A stretch of DNA of 38,907 nucleotides. Origin: a virus. Taxonomy: Duplodnaviria; Caudoviricetes. The notes under the pieces are model-generated. The model searched no databases. It had not been told where the DNA came from and saw nothing but the letters and a program-made list of their open reading frames with translations. Numbering within the stretch: the stretch's first letter is position 1; each line of letters begins with the position of its first letter. This document shows positions 25,889 through 34,497 of the stretch, in pieces. Position numbers and translations under genes: made by a program. The stretch lies in IMG/VR virus record IMGVR_UViG_3300025658_000255, positions 1-38,907 of that record; one strand, written 5' to 3'.

Positions 25889-26577
25889 GTATGATATGGG
25901 AGAAATTAATTGAGTGTCAACACAAAATTATTGAGAAGTTCGAGTACCACCTCAAAGAGTATAACGAAGACGGCCTCGGCGACTACAACCAACCTGAGAA
26001 TGGTTGGGTTAACAGGACTTGGAATAGCGACTCTATTCGTCGTGCTCACATTGATGTTGTAGATGCACGTGAGCAACGTGGCTTGTGGATGATGCATGTT
26101 TGTGTGTTTCCACAGCTACACAACGATGCGCCAATATATGGCTTTGATGTTATAGCAGGCGCAACTAAGATGACAGGCGCTTTCCATGATTATAGCCGCA
26201 GTGTTAATCCTGATCATCCTATGATGCAAGGCTATGCTGAAAGCGTACAGGATTTTATTCCAGAGAAGAAACGTGAACTGCCTGAATGGGCTCGCAATAT
26301 CTTCTCAACTAACATGTTAGCAGCAGGTAATGTAAAGACTGAAGAAGAAGCAGCAGAGATTATTCGACTTGCACTTGACAACTTAGATGCATACCTATGG
26401 GAAGTAAAAGACTTTAATCACACAGCAGACGAAGCAGCATGTGCAGTAGCACAAAACTATTATTGCGAAAATCAGCAACAGAATCCACATACGCCTAGAA
26501 CAATGAAAAGCCTAGGACTGCCAGAAGCTGAAGTGGACAAGTTCTGCAAGGACATGTTGTTCCCTAAAATTGCATAA
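25885..26577 (+). CDS. pcyX: Ferredoxin-dependent bilin reductase (PcyA/PcyX-like)
   Basis: RRAHIDVVD; WMMHVCVFP; PIYGFDVIAG; AFHDYS; RELPEWARNIFS; QNYYCENQQQNPHTPRTMKSLG. Confidence 0.85.
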   Translation: MSMIWEKLIECQHKIIEKFEYHLKEYNEDGLGDYNQPENGWVNRTWNSDSIRRAHIDVVDAREQRGLWMMHVCVFPQLHNDAPIYGFDVIAGATKMTGAFHDYSRSVNPDHPMMQGYAESVQDFIPEKKRELPEWARNIFSTNMLAAGNVKTEEEAAEIIRLALDNLDAYLWEVKDFNHTADEAACAVAQNYYCENQQQNPHTPRTMKSLGLPEAEVDKFCKDMLFPKIA

Positions 26578-26598
26578 ATAATTTACTAGGAGAATTAC

Positions 26599-28275
26599 AT
26601 GCGCTGGACTGATTTTAAAAATATAATTACTGAATCTGAAGATGATGATGATGATTTTGCTTTGCCTAGTAAAACTATGGTTGCTGGAGAAATTTCTAAA
26701 ACAGACAAAAGATCTGGAAATTTAAAATATCTACTTGCTATCGGCAAAGGCATAGACGAAGGTAAAACTTTTGCATTTGCTACTCAAGGAAAACCTGCAT
26801 CAGAAGAAACAAAAGCAAATGCATCATTTGGCATTATAGACAAAGTATCAATGATAATGCCCGGCGACAAAAGATTAGAAATTAAGCCACGAAAAAGCTC
26901 AAAGTTTAGTGTCGGCGATGTGTTTGCATACTATTGTCAAACAGAAATGGAAAAACATGGAGCAAAGCACGTTGTAGATAAAATAAGATTTTCAGTTGGT
27001 GGCGAAGAATTTAAATTTAATCAAATGTACAAAACAGATGCAGCTTCTGGAGAAATGAAAATCAACAAAGGCGATGCAGCAGAAGCTATACTTGGAGCAG
27101 CAATCACTGCAAAGTTTGAAGCTGGCGGCAAAACTATCGGTGTGGCAAATGTAGTAGAATTACTCAAAGAAGTAATAGCAGCTGGTTCAATCAGACGTAC
27201 TGCTGATTATGATAAAGGCGAAGGCGACAATATAGAATTTAAATTAAGTCTCAATGCATCATCTTTATCTGGCATAAAGATGTGGATGCGTGAGCCTGAT
27301 CCATTAGGAGATCCTAAAAGTTTTCAAATTGTTGAAAAAGGTGTTAAACCTGTTACTATCAAAGATTTGCAAAGACAAATAGCACATGCTGTTGAGTATG
27401 CAAATACTAATAAAAGAGCAACAATGGCAGTCGAAAGAGCCAAAGCCGATTTAGGAAAAAATGAAGTTCAGGTTATATCAGACGGTGGTGATGCTACTCA
27501 ACAAAGTTCAACTAAAGTAGATTTAAAAATTACATATGACGGAGAAGCTACACGACTACTAAGTTTAAAAGCAGGTAGCGTAAAACAATTCGGACAAGGT
27601 TCCGGCGGCGGATGGACACAGGTATCTGACTTTTTTGAAAGTGTTCTTAAATTTAAATTACCTGATACATTTAAAGAAAAATTTGGATTTAAAGATCCAG
27701 CAGGTCCGAGAGATACTACTTATCTTGACTATAACTATAGTAAAGGCCCATTCCAAAAATTATATGCAGAAATGGCTGCACAAGCTCAGCGTTATACAGC
27801 TGGTGATAATACTCAATTAGAATATAGCCTAGTAAAAAATGTATATGATGCTATCAATTTTCATGCTACACGAGGCGAAGCAGGCGTAACAATGGTTATA
27901 CTTTCACCTACTTCAAAAATTGCATATAAAGAATTAGCATTTGACGAACGACTACTTGCAGCATTAGAACTATATGATTTAAGGGTAGTAAACGAGTTAG
28001 GAAAATCTAATCATTATTTACATGTAGTAGGTCATTTGAAAACTGATGAAGCTGCTCGTGAATTAGGCGATGACATGAAGAAAATAGGAACTAAAGCAGT
28101 TCTTGTATCTTGTAGATCATCAAGCAACGGTGGCGCAATAAGAAATGCTGTTGAAATGGGCGATCTTCTAAAAGAACTTGCTAATATAGAAAAATTAGAT
28201 AAAGATAACGCACAGGATGCTTTACAACAAGCACCGGCGCCTAAACCAACTAACGATCCAAACGCTACAATTTAA
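26599..28275 (+). CDS. Late protein with a restriction-endonuclease-like (PD-(D/E)XK-type) core, probably virion-internal
   Basis: ATAAATA 26574-26580; AGGAG RBS; N-terminus MRWTDFKNIITE; GDAAEAILGAAI...TKVDL...LSLK. Confidence 0.55.
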   Translation: MRWTDFKNIITESEDDDDDFALPSKTMVAGEISKTDKRSGNLKYLLAIGKGIDEGKTFAFATQGKPASEETKANASFGIIDKVSMIMPGDKRLEIKPRKSSKFSVGDVFAYYCQTEMEKHGAKHVVDKIRFSVGGEEFKFNQMYKTDAASGEMKINKGDAAEAILGAAITAKFEAGGKTIGVANVVELLKEVIAAGSIRRTADYDKGEGDNIEFKLSLNASSLSGIKMWMREPDPLGDPKSFQIVEKGVKPVTIKDLQRQIAHAVEYANTNKRATMAVERAKADLGKNEVQVISDGGDATQQSSTKVDLKITYDGEATRLLSLKAGSVKQFGQGSGGGWTQVSDFFESVLKFKLPDTFKEKFGFKDPAGPRDTTYLDYNYSKGPFQKLYAEMAAQAQRYTAGDNTQLEYSLVKNVYDAINFHATRGEAGVTMVILSPTSKIAYKELAFDERLLAALELYDLRVVNELGKSNHYLHVVGHLKTDEAARELGDDMKKIGTKAVLVSCRSSSNGGAIRNAVEMGDLLKELANIEKLDKDNAQDALQQAPAPKPTNDPNATI

Positions 28276-28370
28276 TTAGAACAAACAACAATAAGTGCAA
28301 TAAGACTACCTATTACTGCTCCAATACCTACGCCCATGATGGTATCGCAACTTTTATTTAATCTTTTCAT
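28272..28370 (-). CDS. 32-aa TM microprotein
   Basis: MKRLNKSCDTIMGVGIGAVIGSLIALIVVCSN*; upstream GGGGT, a leader hairpin and CTAAATA (28409-28415). Confidence 0.5.
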   Translation of the reverse strand: MKRLNKSCDTIMGVGIGAVIGSLIALIVVCSN

Positions 28371-28484
28371 TTTTTACCCCGATGAAGAGCCCTCACGCTC
28401 TGCTAATGTATTTAGTAAGCACTAAACTTAATTAAATAGCTACTTAATGGTTGACCTCTATCGTAAGATATGTTATTATTAGCT

Positions 28485-28685
28485 ATGAAATATGCAATCA
28501 GAATACAATTAGCAGCGGACGACTGGATCTTTATAACAGAAGAACAAGGTACTATGTTTGAACTGCAACCTGTGCTCTATAATACAGAACAAGAAGCATG
28601 GGAAGCAGCAGAGATTTGGTTGAAAGAAGGCAAAAGAAAAAACTTCGTGCAGGTAGTAGAATATGACACCGATAGAGAAGTTTGA
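28485..28685 (+). CDS. Hypothetical protein (leaderless early gene)
   Basis: TTGACC-17-TATTAT (28451-28479) ends 5 nt before ATG 28485. Confidence 0.65.
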   Translation: MKYAIRIQLAADDWIFITEEQGTMFELQPVLYNTEQEAWEAAEIWLKEGKRKNFVQVVEYDTDREV

Positions 28686-28911
28686 ATACCGACAAAAATG
28701 GCTTCGCAACCACGGAGGCCATTCTTGCACACTGCACAGTGATTTAGAAAACCAAGCGTTAGAATGGTGCAGAAAAAATATAAAACCAGAGACTTTTCAT
28801 AGGTACACCGATTGGCCTTATCAAGTCACATGGCTATTTGAGCATGAAGACGATCTAAAAGCATTTATGCTCGTATGCGAACCACGTTTTTATAATCAGG
28901 AAAAAATCTAA
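28663..28911 (+). CDS. Hypothetical protein
   Basis: 82 aa; overlaps its neighbours. Confidence 0.65.
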   Translation: MTPIEKFEYRQKWLRNHGGHSCTLHSDLENQALEWCRKNIKPETFHRYTDWPYQVTWLFEHEDDLKAFMLVCEPRFYNQEKI

Positions 28912-29636
28912 TGGAATATACAACAGAAGAAAATCAAGAACTAGTAGAAACTATCAAGCGTCCTATTAGACATTATAAAGTAACTATTAATGGTTACGGC
29001 GGCGAAGCAGCATATTGTAATTTAACCAAAGAGCAATACGAGTTTTGGAGCAAGCATATCGAAGAGCATGGCGATAGTGATGCTATTTCATATATGGTAG
29101 GCTGTGAAGATAACGAATTTGATTTTGAAAATATCGAAGAGCTTCCAGAAGGTATAGACTTTCAAGCAGACGAAGAAGGTTATCGCTACCCTTGGTATGA
29201 AAGTCCTGCTGAGTATGAACATCAGTATGGTGTATCTTGGGAAGCTTCAAAGATAACTGTTGACGAAGTTGATAGTGAAGAATACAATGCTGACGTTATT
29301 ACAGAAGTGTTAAACTATGAAGCTTTAGACGAGTATGTAGAAGGTCTGCATGAGGAATGGGATTACGAAAGAGAAATTGTAAGCATGGGTGTTTCTGAAG
29401 GTGAAGAAGGCGACTATGTAATGCAATTTTACAGTTCTGAGAAGGGATGCTTCTGGGAAGGTATAATTACTACTACTGGTGCATTTGATCCTAAGAAATT
29501 AATGTTCCGTACTACAGAGTATCCTAACGGAGAAGATATTTTAACTGAAGTTGAATATGATAATGAAGTTGTAGACAACGACGGCGGGGACACAAACGGT
29601 AAAGGTTATAGTGTCCATGTTTGGAGTAATAAATGA
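28911..29636 (+). CDS. Very acidic hypothetical protein
   Basis: GYGGE...SSEKG...GGDTNGKG motifs; TAATG coupling. Confidence 0.75.
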   Translation: MEYTTEENQELVETIKRPIRHYKVTINGYGGEAAYCNLTKEQYEFWSKHIEEHGDSDAISYMVGCEDNEFDFENIEELPEGIDFQADEEGYRYPWYESPAEYEHQYGVSWEASKITVDEVDSEEYNADVITEVLNYEALDEYVEGLHEEWDYEREIVSMGVSEGEEGDYVMQFYSSEKGCFWEGIITTTGAFDPKKLMFRTTEYPNGEDILTEVEYDNEVVDNDGGDTNGKGYSVHVWSNK

Positions 29637-30427
29637 ATTTAAAAGAATCAGCGCCTGAATGGTTCATGGAACTACAGGATATGATTACGGCTGGTGTCGA
29701 GTCTTACGAATCTACTAAGATGGTAGAAAAAGAAAACAAACGTGAGGGTTGGCATCAGCGTCACAGAACAATATACGGCGATACATTTGAAAAGGCAGTT
29801 ATTGCGTATTCATGTGTCAGTGGTGAATTTAAAGAAGAATTTGCAAAAGAAATACCAGGAACAGAAAATAATAAAGAGTATTGGGCAAGCGGCATTAGCG
29901 TTATCTTTCACCCAATGAATCCTCACGTTCCTGCTATGCATATGAACACACGGTATATTATTACAGGCAAGGAATGGTTTGGCGGTGGCTTTGACTTTAC
30001 TCCTTGCTTACCTGATGCGGAGTATGAGACATGGTATCACAACAAAGTAAAAGAACTATGTGATGCACATGACGAATCATACTACGAAGATTTTAGAAAG
30101 AAGTGCGACGAGTATTTCTTCTTGCCTCATCGTAATGAAACAAGAGGCATTGGAGGAATCTTTTACGAATACTTCTCTCCACAAGAAATGAGTTTTGATT
30201 TCCATAAAGCAGTAGGCAAGAGCTTTTTTAATACAGCAATGGAAACATTTGAAAAATTTCATACAAAAGAATATACTGATGCTGACAAAGCAGCACAGCA
30301 AATAAAGCGTGGCCGATATGTTGAGTTTAATCTACTTAATGATAGAGGCACTAGATTTGGTCTTAAGACCGGCGGCGACACGGAGGCTATTCTAGCAAGT
30401 TTACCTCCTACCGCAGATTGGAGATAA
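29633..30427 (+). CDS. hemF: Oxygen-dependent coproporphyrinogen-III oxidase
   Basis: FEKA; SGISVIFHPMNPHVPAMHMNTRY; WFGGGFDFTP; CDEYFFLPHRNETRGIGGIF; RGRYVEFNLLNDRGTRFGL. Confidence 0.95.
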   Translation: MNLKESAPEWFMELQDMITAGVESYESTKMVEKENKREGWHQRHRTIYGDTFEKAVIAYSCVSGEFKEEFAKEIPGTENNKEYWASGISVIFHPMNPHVPAMHMNTRYIITGKEWFGGGFDFTPCLPDAEYETWYHNKVKELCDAHDESYYEDFRKKCDEYFFLPHRNETRGIGGIFYEYFSPQEMSFDFHKAVGKSFFNTAMETFEKFHTKEYTDADKAAQQIKRGRYVEFNLLNDRGTRFGLKTGGDTEAILASLPPTADWR

Positions 30428-31402
30428 ATGTTTAGATTTTATACAGAAAAGAAATGGTGGCTATGGAGCTGGATTGGCTCTGCTATCATTCTTTCATCAC
30501 TTTGGGTACAAGTACAGATTGATGTAAAGATTAACGAATGGTTCGGTCAGTTCTATGACATGATCCAGAAAGCATTGGCAACACCAAATGCTATTACAAT
30601 AGGAGAGTATTGGGCAAGCCTCGGTAGCTTCTTAAGCCTAGCAGTAGTATATGTACTCATTGCTGTGGCTATCAGTTTCTTTACAGCACACTTCCTATTC
30701 CGCTGGCGTGCAGCAATGGTAGAATGGTATCACAGTGTATACGACAGAGCACGTACTATTGAAGGTGCAGCACAGCGTGTACAAGAAGATACAATTAAGT
30801 TTAGCCGCATTATGGAAGGCTTGGGCACAAGTTTTATTGAATCAATTATGGTGCTTATACAGTTTGTTCCTATCCTACTAGGACTAAGCATTGGTATTCC
30901 AATCTTCTTCTTTGGCGACTGGCAGTATGGATTAGTAACAGGTGCGCTTGTTTGGTCAATTGGTGGTACAATATTTCTTATTGGACTAGGTTGGTTATTA
31001 CGTCTTGTAGGTGTTGAGTATGATCTACAAAAGAAAGAAGCAGCGTATCGTAAGATCCTTGTAATTGCAGAAGATGATGAAACTGTAAGACCAAAGACAC
31101 TAGAAGAACTGTTCGAAGACGTTCGCGGTATTCATTTTAAGTCGTATGTACGTTACTTGTATTTTAATATTGGACGTATTGCATATCTACAAGCTAACGT
31201 GCTAAGTGCGTATGTATTCCTTGCTCCAGCTATTGTAGCAGGCGCAGTAACACTAGGTGTAATGCAGCAGATTATTAGAGCGTTTGGCAGAGTAGAAGGC
31301 TCAATGCAGTATCTACTTAAAGCATGGCCAACTATTATTGAACTTGCAAGTGTGTACAAGCGTTTGCGTGAGTTTGAAAGACAGATTAAAGATGGCAGCT
31401 AA
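30428..31402 (+). CDS. sbmA: SbmA/BacA-family peptide transporter
   Basis: INEWFGQFYDMIQKAL; FRWRAAM; IEGAAQRVQEDTIKF; QKKEAAYRKILV; WPTIIELASVYKRLREFE. Confidence 0.9.
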   Translation: MFRFYTEKKWWLWSWIGSAIILSSLWVQVQIDVKINEWFGQFYDMIQKALATPNAITIGEYWASLGSFLSLAVVYVLIAVAISFFTAHFLFRWRAAMVEWYHSVYDRARTIEGAAQRVQEDTIKFSRIMEGLGTSFIESIMVLIQFVPILLGLSIGIPIFFFGDWQYGLVTGALVWSIGGTIFLIGLGWLLRLVGVEYDLQKKEAAYRKILVIAEDDETVRPKTLEELFEDVRGIHFKSYVRYLYFNIGRIAYLQANVLSAYVFLAPAIVAGAVTLGVMQQIIRAFGRVEGSMQYLLKAWPTIIELASVYKRLREFERQIKDGS

Positions 31403-32138
31403 TCTTAACAGAATAGCAGCAGCAATTGCAATGGATCGCTGGGAAGAGATCGGGGAAAATACTAACATATGGAACCCCGACGAAGCAGCACAAGACTTTG
31501 AATGCGATCCATTGTATCTTATAATCATGCTACAGCGTAATAAAATGGATGCTGATATACCCAGCATCCTACGCAGTATCTTAAAAAGCCCAAGAGACAT
31601 TGACGGATACCTTCCAGAGATTATTCCTGATGATATGATGCAAGCAAAGACTATTCGTAATTATTACAGAAATATTTTACTTGTTAAAACATTAAAAGAC
31701 GAAGTTATCACTAACCAACATAAAATGCTTAATACAATTGTTAACAACGATAAGGCAATTAATAGAGAACTTATTCCGTTGTTAGTGCGTATGCCTTCGA
31801 TGTACATTGAGGATGTAGAAACATCTGAGATATTTAAACAAGGCACATTACCAAAGAAAATTAAGAAGCGAAAAAATATTGCAGATGAAATGAGTTTTTT
31901 AGGCACAGTAGATACACTAGTTAGTGGAAAAGAACTACGAGAGTATTTCTTCTCAACAACAAAAGATCGCAATCTTTTTTGTGCAGTTGTACCAAGAGAC
32001 TCAGTAGAAGAAGTTGCATGGAAATATATTTCACAGCAGCCTTGGGTAGTATTCACAGGTACATGCCATAAAGCTACAAAGCCCAATCATGAATTTATCT
32101 ACTATAATTTTACTTCCAATATAGAAATAACTAAATAG
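31392..32138 (+). CDS. Hypothetical phage protein
   Basis: Likely start MAANLN overlapping the sbmA end. Confidence 0.65.
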   Translation: MAANLNRIAAAIAMDRWEEIGENTNIWNPDEAAQDFECDPLYLIIMLQRNKMDADIPSILRSILKSPRDIDGYLPEIIPDDMMQAKTIRNYYRNILLVKTLKDEVITNQHKMLNTIVNNDKAINRELIPLLVRMPSMYIEDVETSEIFKQGTLPKKIKKRKNIADEMSFLGTVDTLVSGKELREYFFSTTKDRNLFCAVVPRDSVEEVAWKYISQQPWVVFTGTCHKATKPNHEFIYYNFTSNIEITK

Positions 32139-32142
32139 ACAT

Positions 32143-32322
32143 ATGATACAGTATAAAGCAGAAGACATTTTTCAAGACATCGAAGGAGATCCTGATAATG
32201 TTAGAATGACCATTCCACCAGAAGTACTAGAGCAGATGGGTTGGAAAGAAGGCGACACTCTTCTTATAAGTACAAACGATGATGGATCAATCACTATAAC
32301 ATTAAAGGAATCAGATGGGTAA
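32143..32322 (+). CDS. AbrB/MazE-like small DNA-binding protein (not in the ORF track)
   Basis: [59 protein letters not shown]; CTAAATA 5 nt upstream. Confidence 0.75.
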   Translation: MIQYKAEDIFQDIEGDPDNVRMTIPPEVLEQMGWKEGDTLLISTNDDGSITITLKESDG

Positions 32323-32530
32323 AGAAGATATTTTAGAATTTCAAGGAACTATAAACGAAGTACTACCAAATCAAACATACAAGGTAGTATTAGAAAATGA
32401 ACATAGTATTACATGTTACACAGCAGGAAAGCTAAAGCAACATAGAATAAGATTAGTTCTTGGAGATAAAGTAAAAGTCGAGATGACGCCCTACGATTTG
32501 GAAAAAGGTCGAATTACTTACAGATTATAG
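32315..32530 (+). CDS. infA: Translation initiation factor IF-1
   Basis: [17 protein letters not shown]...VVLENEH...[33 protein letters not shown]. Confidence 0.95.
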   Translation: MGKEDILEFQGTINEVLPNQTYKVVLENEHSITCYTAGKLKQHRIRLVLGDKVKVEMTPYDLEKGRITYRL

Positions 32531-32591
32531 TTGACACGTAGACAACTGATGTTATACTTTATGTAGTACACACTACATGAGAGCAATTACT

Positions 32592-33008
32592 ATGATTTAT
32601 ATTCAAGGCGGCACAAAGCGACAGCGTGAACTTGCGGAAGATATGACAATCTTTATGTTCCGTAAGTTTAATATGTATCCTGATGTAGAGATATCATTTA
32701 AAAGACTTACAAACGAAACTACGCTGGGCGCAGTAGTTGAAGACGAAGGCGAATACTTTATTGAATTAAAGCGCAGTCTCAGTCAGCGTAATATGCTAGT
32801 AACACTAGCACACGAACTTACACATGTAAAACAATACGAGTACGGCGAGCTTACACAGACAAGTGATGTAGGTGTCGACTATTGGGAACGTCCTAGTGAA
32901 ATAGAAGCACATGCAATTGAAGATGCTCTGTTTGACGAGTGGGCTAGAATTAATGAAGTAGATAATAAAAAGTGGGCACAATATGGATCAGCAAGTACAA
33001 CAGTTTGA
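32592..33008 (+). CDS. Zn-metallopeptidase-like protein (HExxH)
   Basis: LAHELTHVKQY...PSEIEA; TTGACA-16-TATACT at 32531-32558. Confidence 0.75.
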   Translation: MIYIQGGTKRQRELAEDMTIFMFRKFNMYPDVEISFKRLTNETTLGAVVEDEGEYFIELKRSLSQRNMLVTLAHELTHVKQYEYGELTQTSDVGVDYWERPSEIEAHAIEDALFDEWARINEVDNKKWAQYGSASTTV

Positions 33009-33249
33009 AGAATGGCATACTCTAATTGCAGAGTGGCACAAGTATCACAAATCAACATCTCCCGGCACAACAACTAGATTAAAGAAACGATTCGATCAGT
33101 ACTCATTTGACTATTTTAAGTTGATGTCAGAGTATAGAAAAACAGGTAAAACAAGTTTACTTCGCAAAGCTGACGCTATATATGAATCCGCAGAGAAAGA
33201 AATAAAAACTTTTAAACGATACGAACTGATGGGTACACTGTCAAAATAA
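32983..33249 (+). CDS. Hypothetical protein
   Basis: 88-aa ORF. Confidence 0.6.
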   Translation: MDQQVQQFEEWHTLIAEWHKYHKSTSPGTTTRLKKRFDQYSFDYFKLMSEYRKTGKTSLLRKADAIYESAEKEIKTFKRYELMGTLSK

Positions 33250-33345
33250 AGGTTGACTTTATAATTATCGATGTTATGCTTAATACATGTTCGAGGGTGA
33301 CACACCCTTTAGCATACTAAAATGCAAAAATGGAGAGACCAAATA

Positions 33346-34497
33346 ATGCAACTAATGATCAATACATCACAGCAGCCTTATGCTGATCTAAAAAACGAAC
33401 GCTTTTCAACTAACGCAGACTATGTAATTACAGCTCAGAAACGCTGGGAAGAAACATACGATGCACTTCCACAATACCAAAAAGATCGTGTAGACTATAT
33501 GCTTGAACAAGCAAAGTCTGAATTCCGTCGTCGTAATCCTAACTTTACTTCTTGGGATACACTTCCCCTTGCAGAAGCAAAGTCTTTGACTATGAATCAA
33601 ATTAACATCGATGCAACTATGCAACGACAGTTAGATATTTTTTGGGTACTAACACTGCTAACACAATTTACAGCAACCAAAGTAGTACCTATTCAAGTAT
33701 ACAAGTACAAAGAAGGCCAGTACTTAGCATGGGACGGTCAGCACACTCTTATGTTGTTGTGGCTTATTGCAACACAACTGTTTGAACAAGATCCAAACGC
33801 TGTTGAAGTTCCTGTAAACGTATATCAAAGCGAACTCAAGTCAGAGATGCGTACAAACTTTGTAAGCCTTAACAGTAAAGAAGGCAAGAAGCAACTAGAT
33901 CCAATTGATATTTGGGAACAGCAAGTGTTTGGTGTACGGGTCGACGGCAGCAAAAATCCTAGTTGGTTAGAAGTAGAGAAAAAGCAACGTGCTATTGAAG
34001 CACTAGGATTTTTTGTAACTTCTAAGAAGTTTGGCGACGAAGACGAAGCAGGTGCAATTACTCGTCTACCAGAAATTAATAAACTTGATGTAGAGTGCGT
34101 AACCAATTTGATGAAATATCTTGCAATGGTTGGTGCAAATCAGCGTCCTGTTGTTGAAAAAGAAATGGTTATGATGGCTAATTTCTTTGAACGTTGCAAG
34201 TTTGCAAATTTTAAAGTAGACGATACATATATTGCTCAGATTGCAAATGCTATACTTACAGCATTTAATGCAGACTTCTCTCCAAACGGAAAGTTTTGGA
34301 CACGAGCAAGTAATGCATATCATAACTGGTATGCAAAACATGGCTGGGGAGATCGAGGACGCTTCCGTACAGAAATTGTACACGGTAGTCCTTTCCTTAC
34401 ACAGCAACTATTTAAAACTTTAAAAGGAACAGGAGTTCTTATTCCTCGCACAAGTAGTAACAGCGAGTTCCGTCCGTTTGAAGAGGACTTGTTTTAA
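33346..34497 (+). CDS. ParB/Srx-like (DGQH) N-terminal domain protein
   Basis: INIDATMQRQLD...PIQVY...WDGQHT; GGAG RBS; TTGACT-16-TATGCT at 33253-33280. Confidence 0.7.
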   Translation: MQLMINTSQQPYADLKNERFSTNADYVITAQKRWEETYDALPQYQKDRVDYMLEQAKSEFRRRNPNFTSWDTLPLAEAKSLTMNQINIDATMQRQLDIFWVLTLLTQFTATKVVPIQVYKYKEGQYLAWDGQHTLMLLWLIATQLFEQDPNAVEVPVNVYQSELKSEMRTNFVSLNSKEGKKQLDPIDIWEQQVFGVRVDGSKNPSWLEVEKKQRAIEALGFFVTSKKFGDEDEAGAITRLPEINKLDVECVTNLMKYLAMVGANQRPVVEKEMVMMANFFERCKFANFKVDDTYIAQIANAILTAFNADFSPNGKFWTRASNAYHNWYAKHGWGDRGRFRTEIVHGSPFLTQQLFKTLKGTGVLIPRTSSNSEFRPFEEDLF

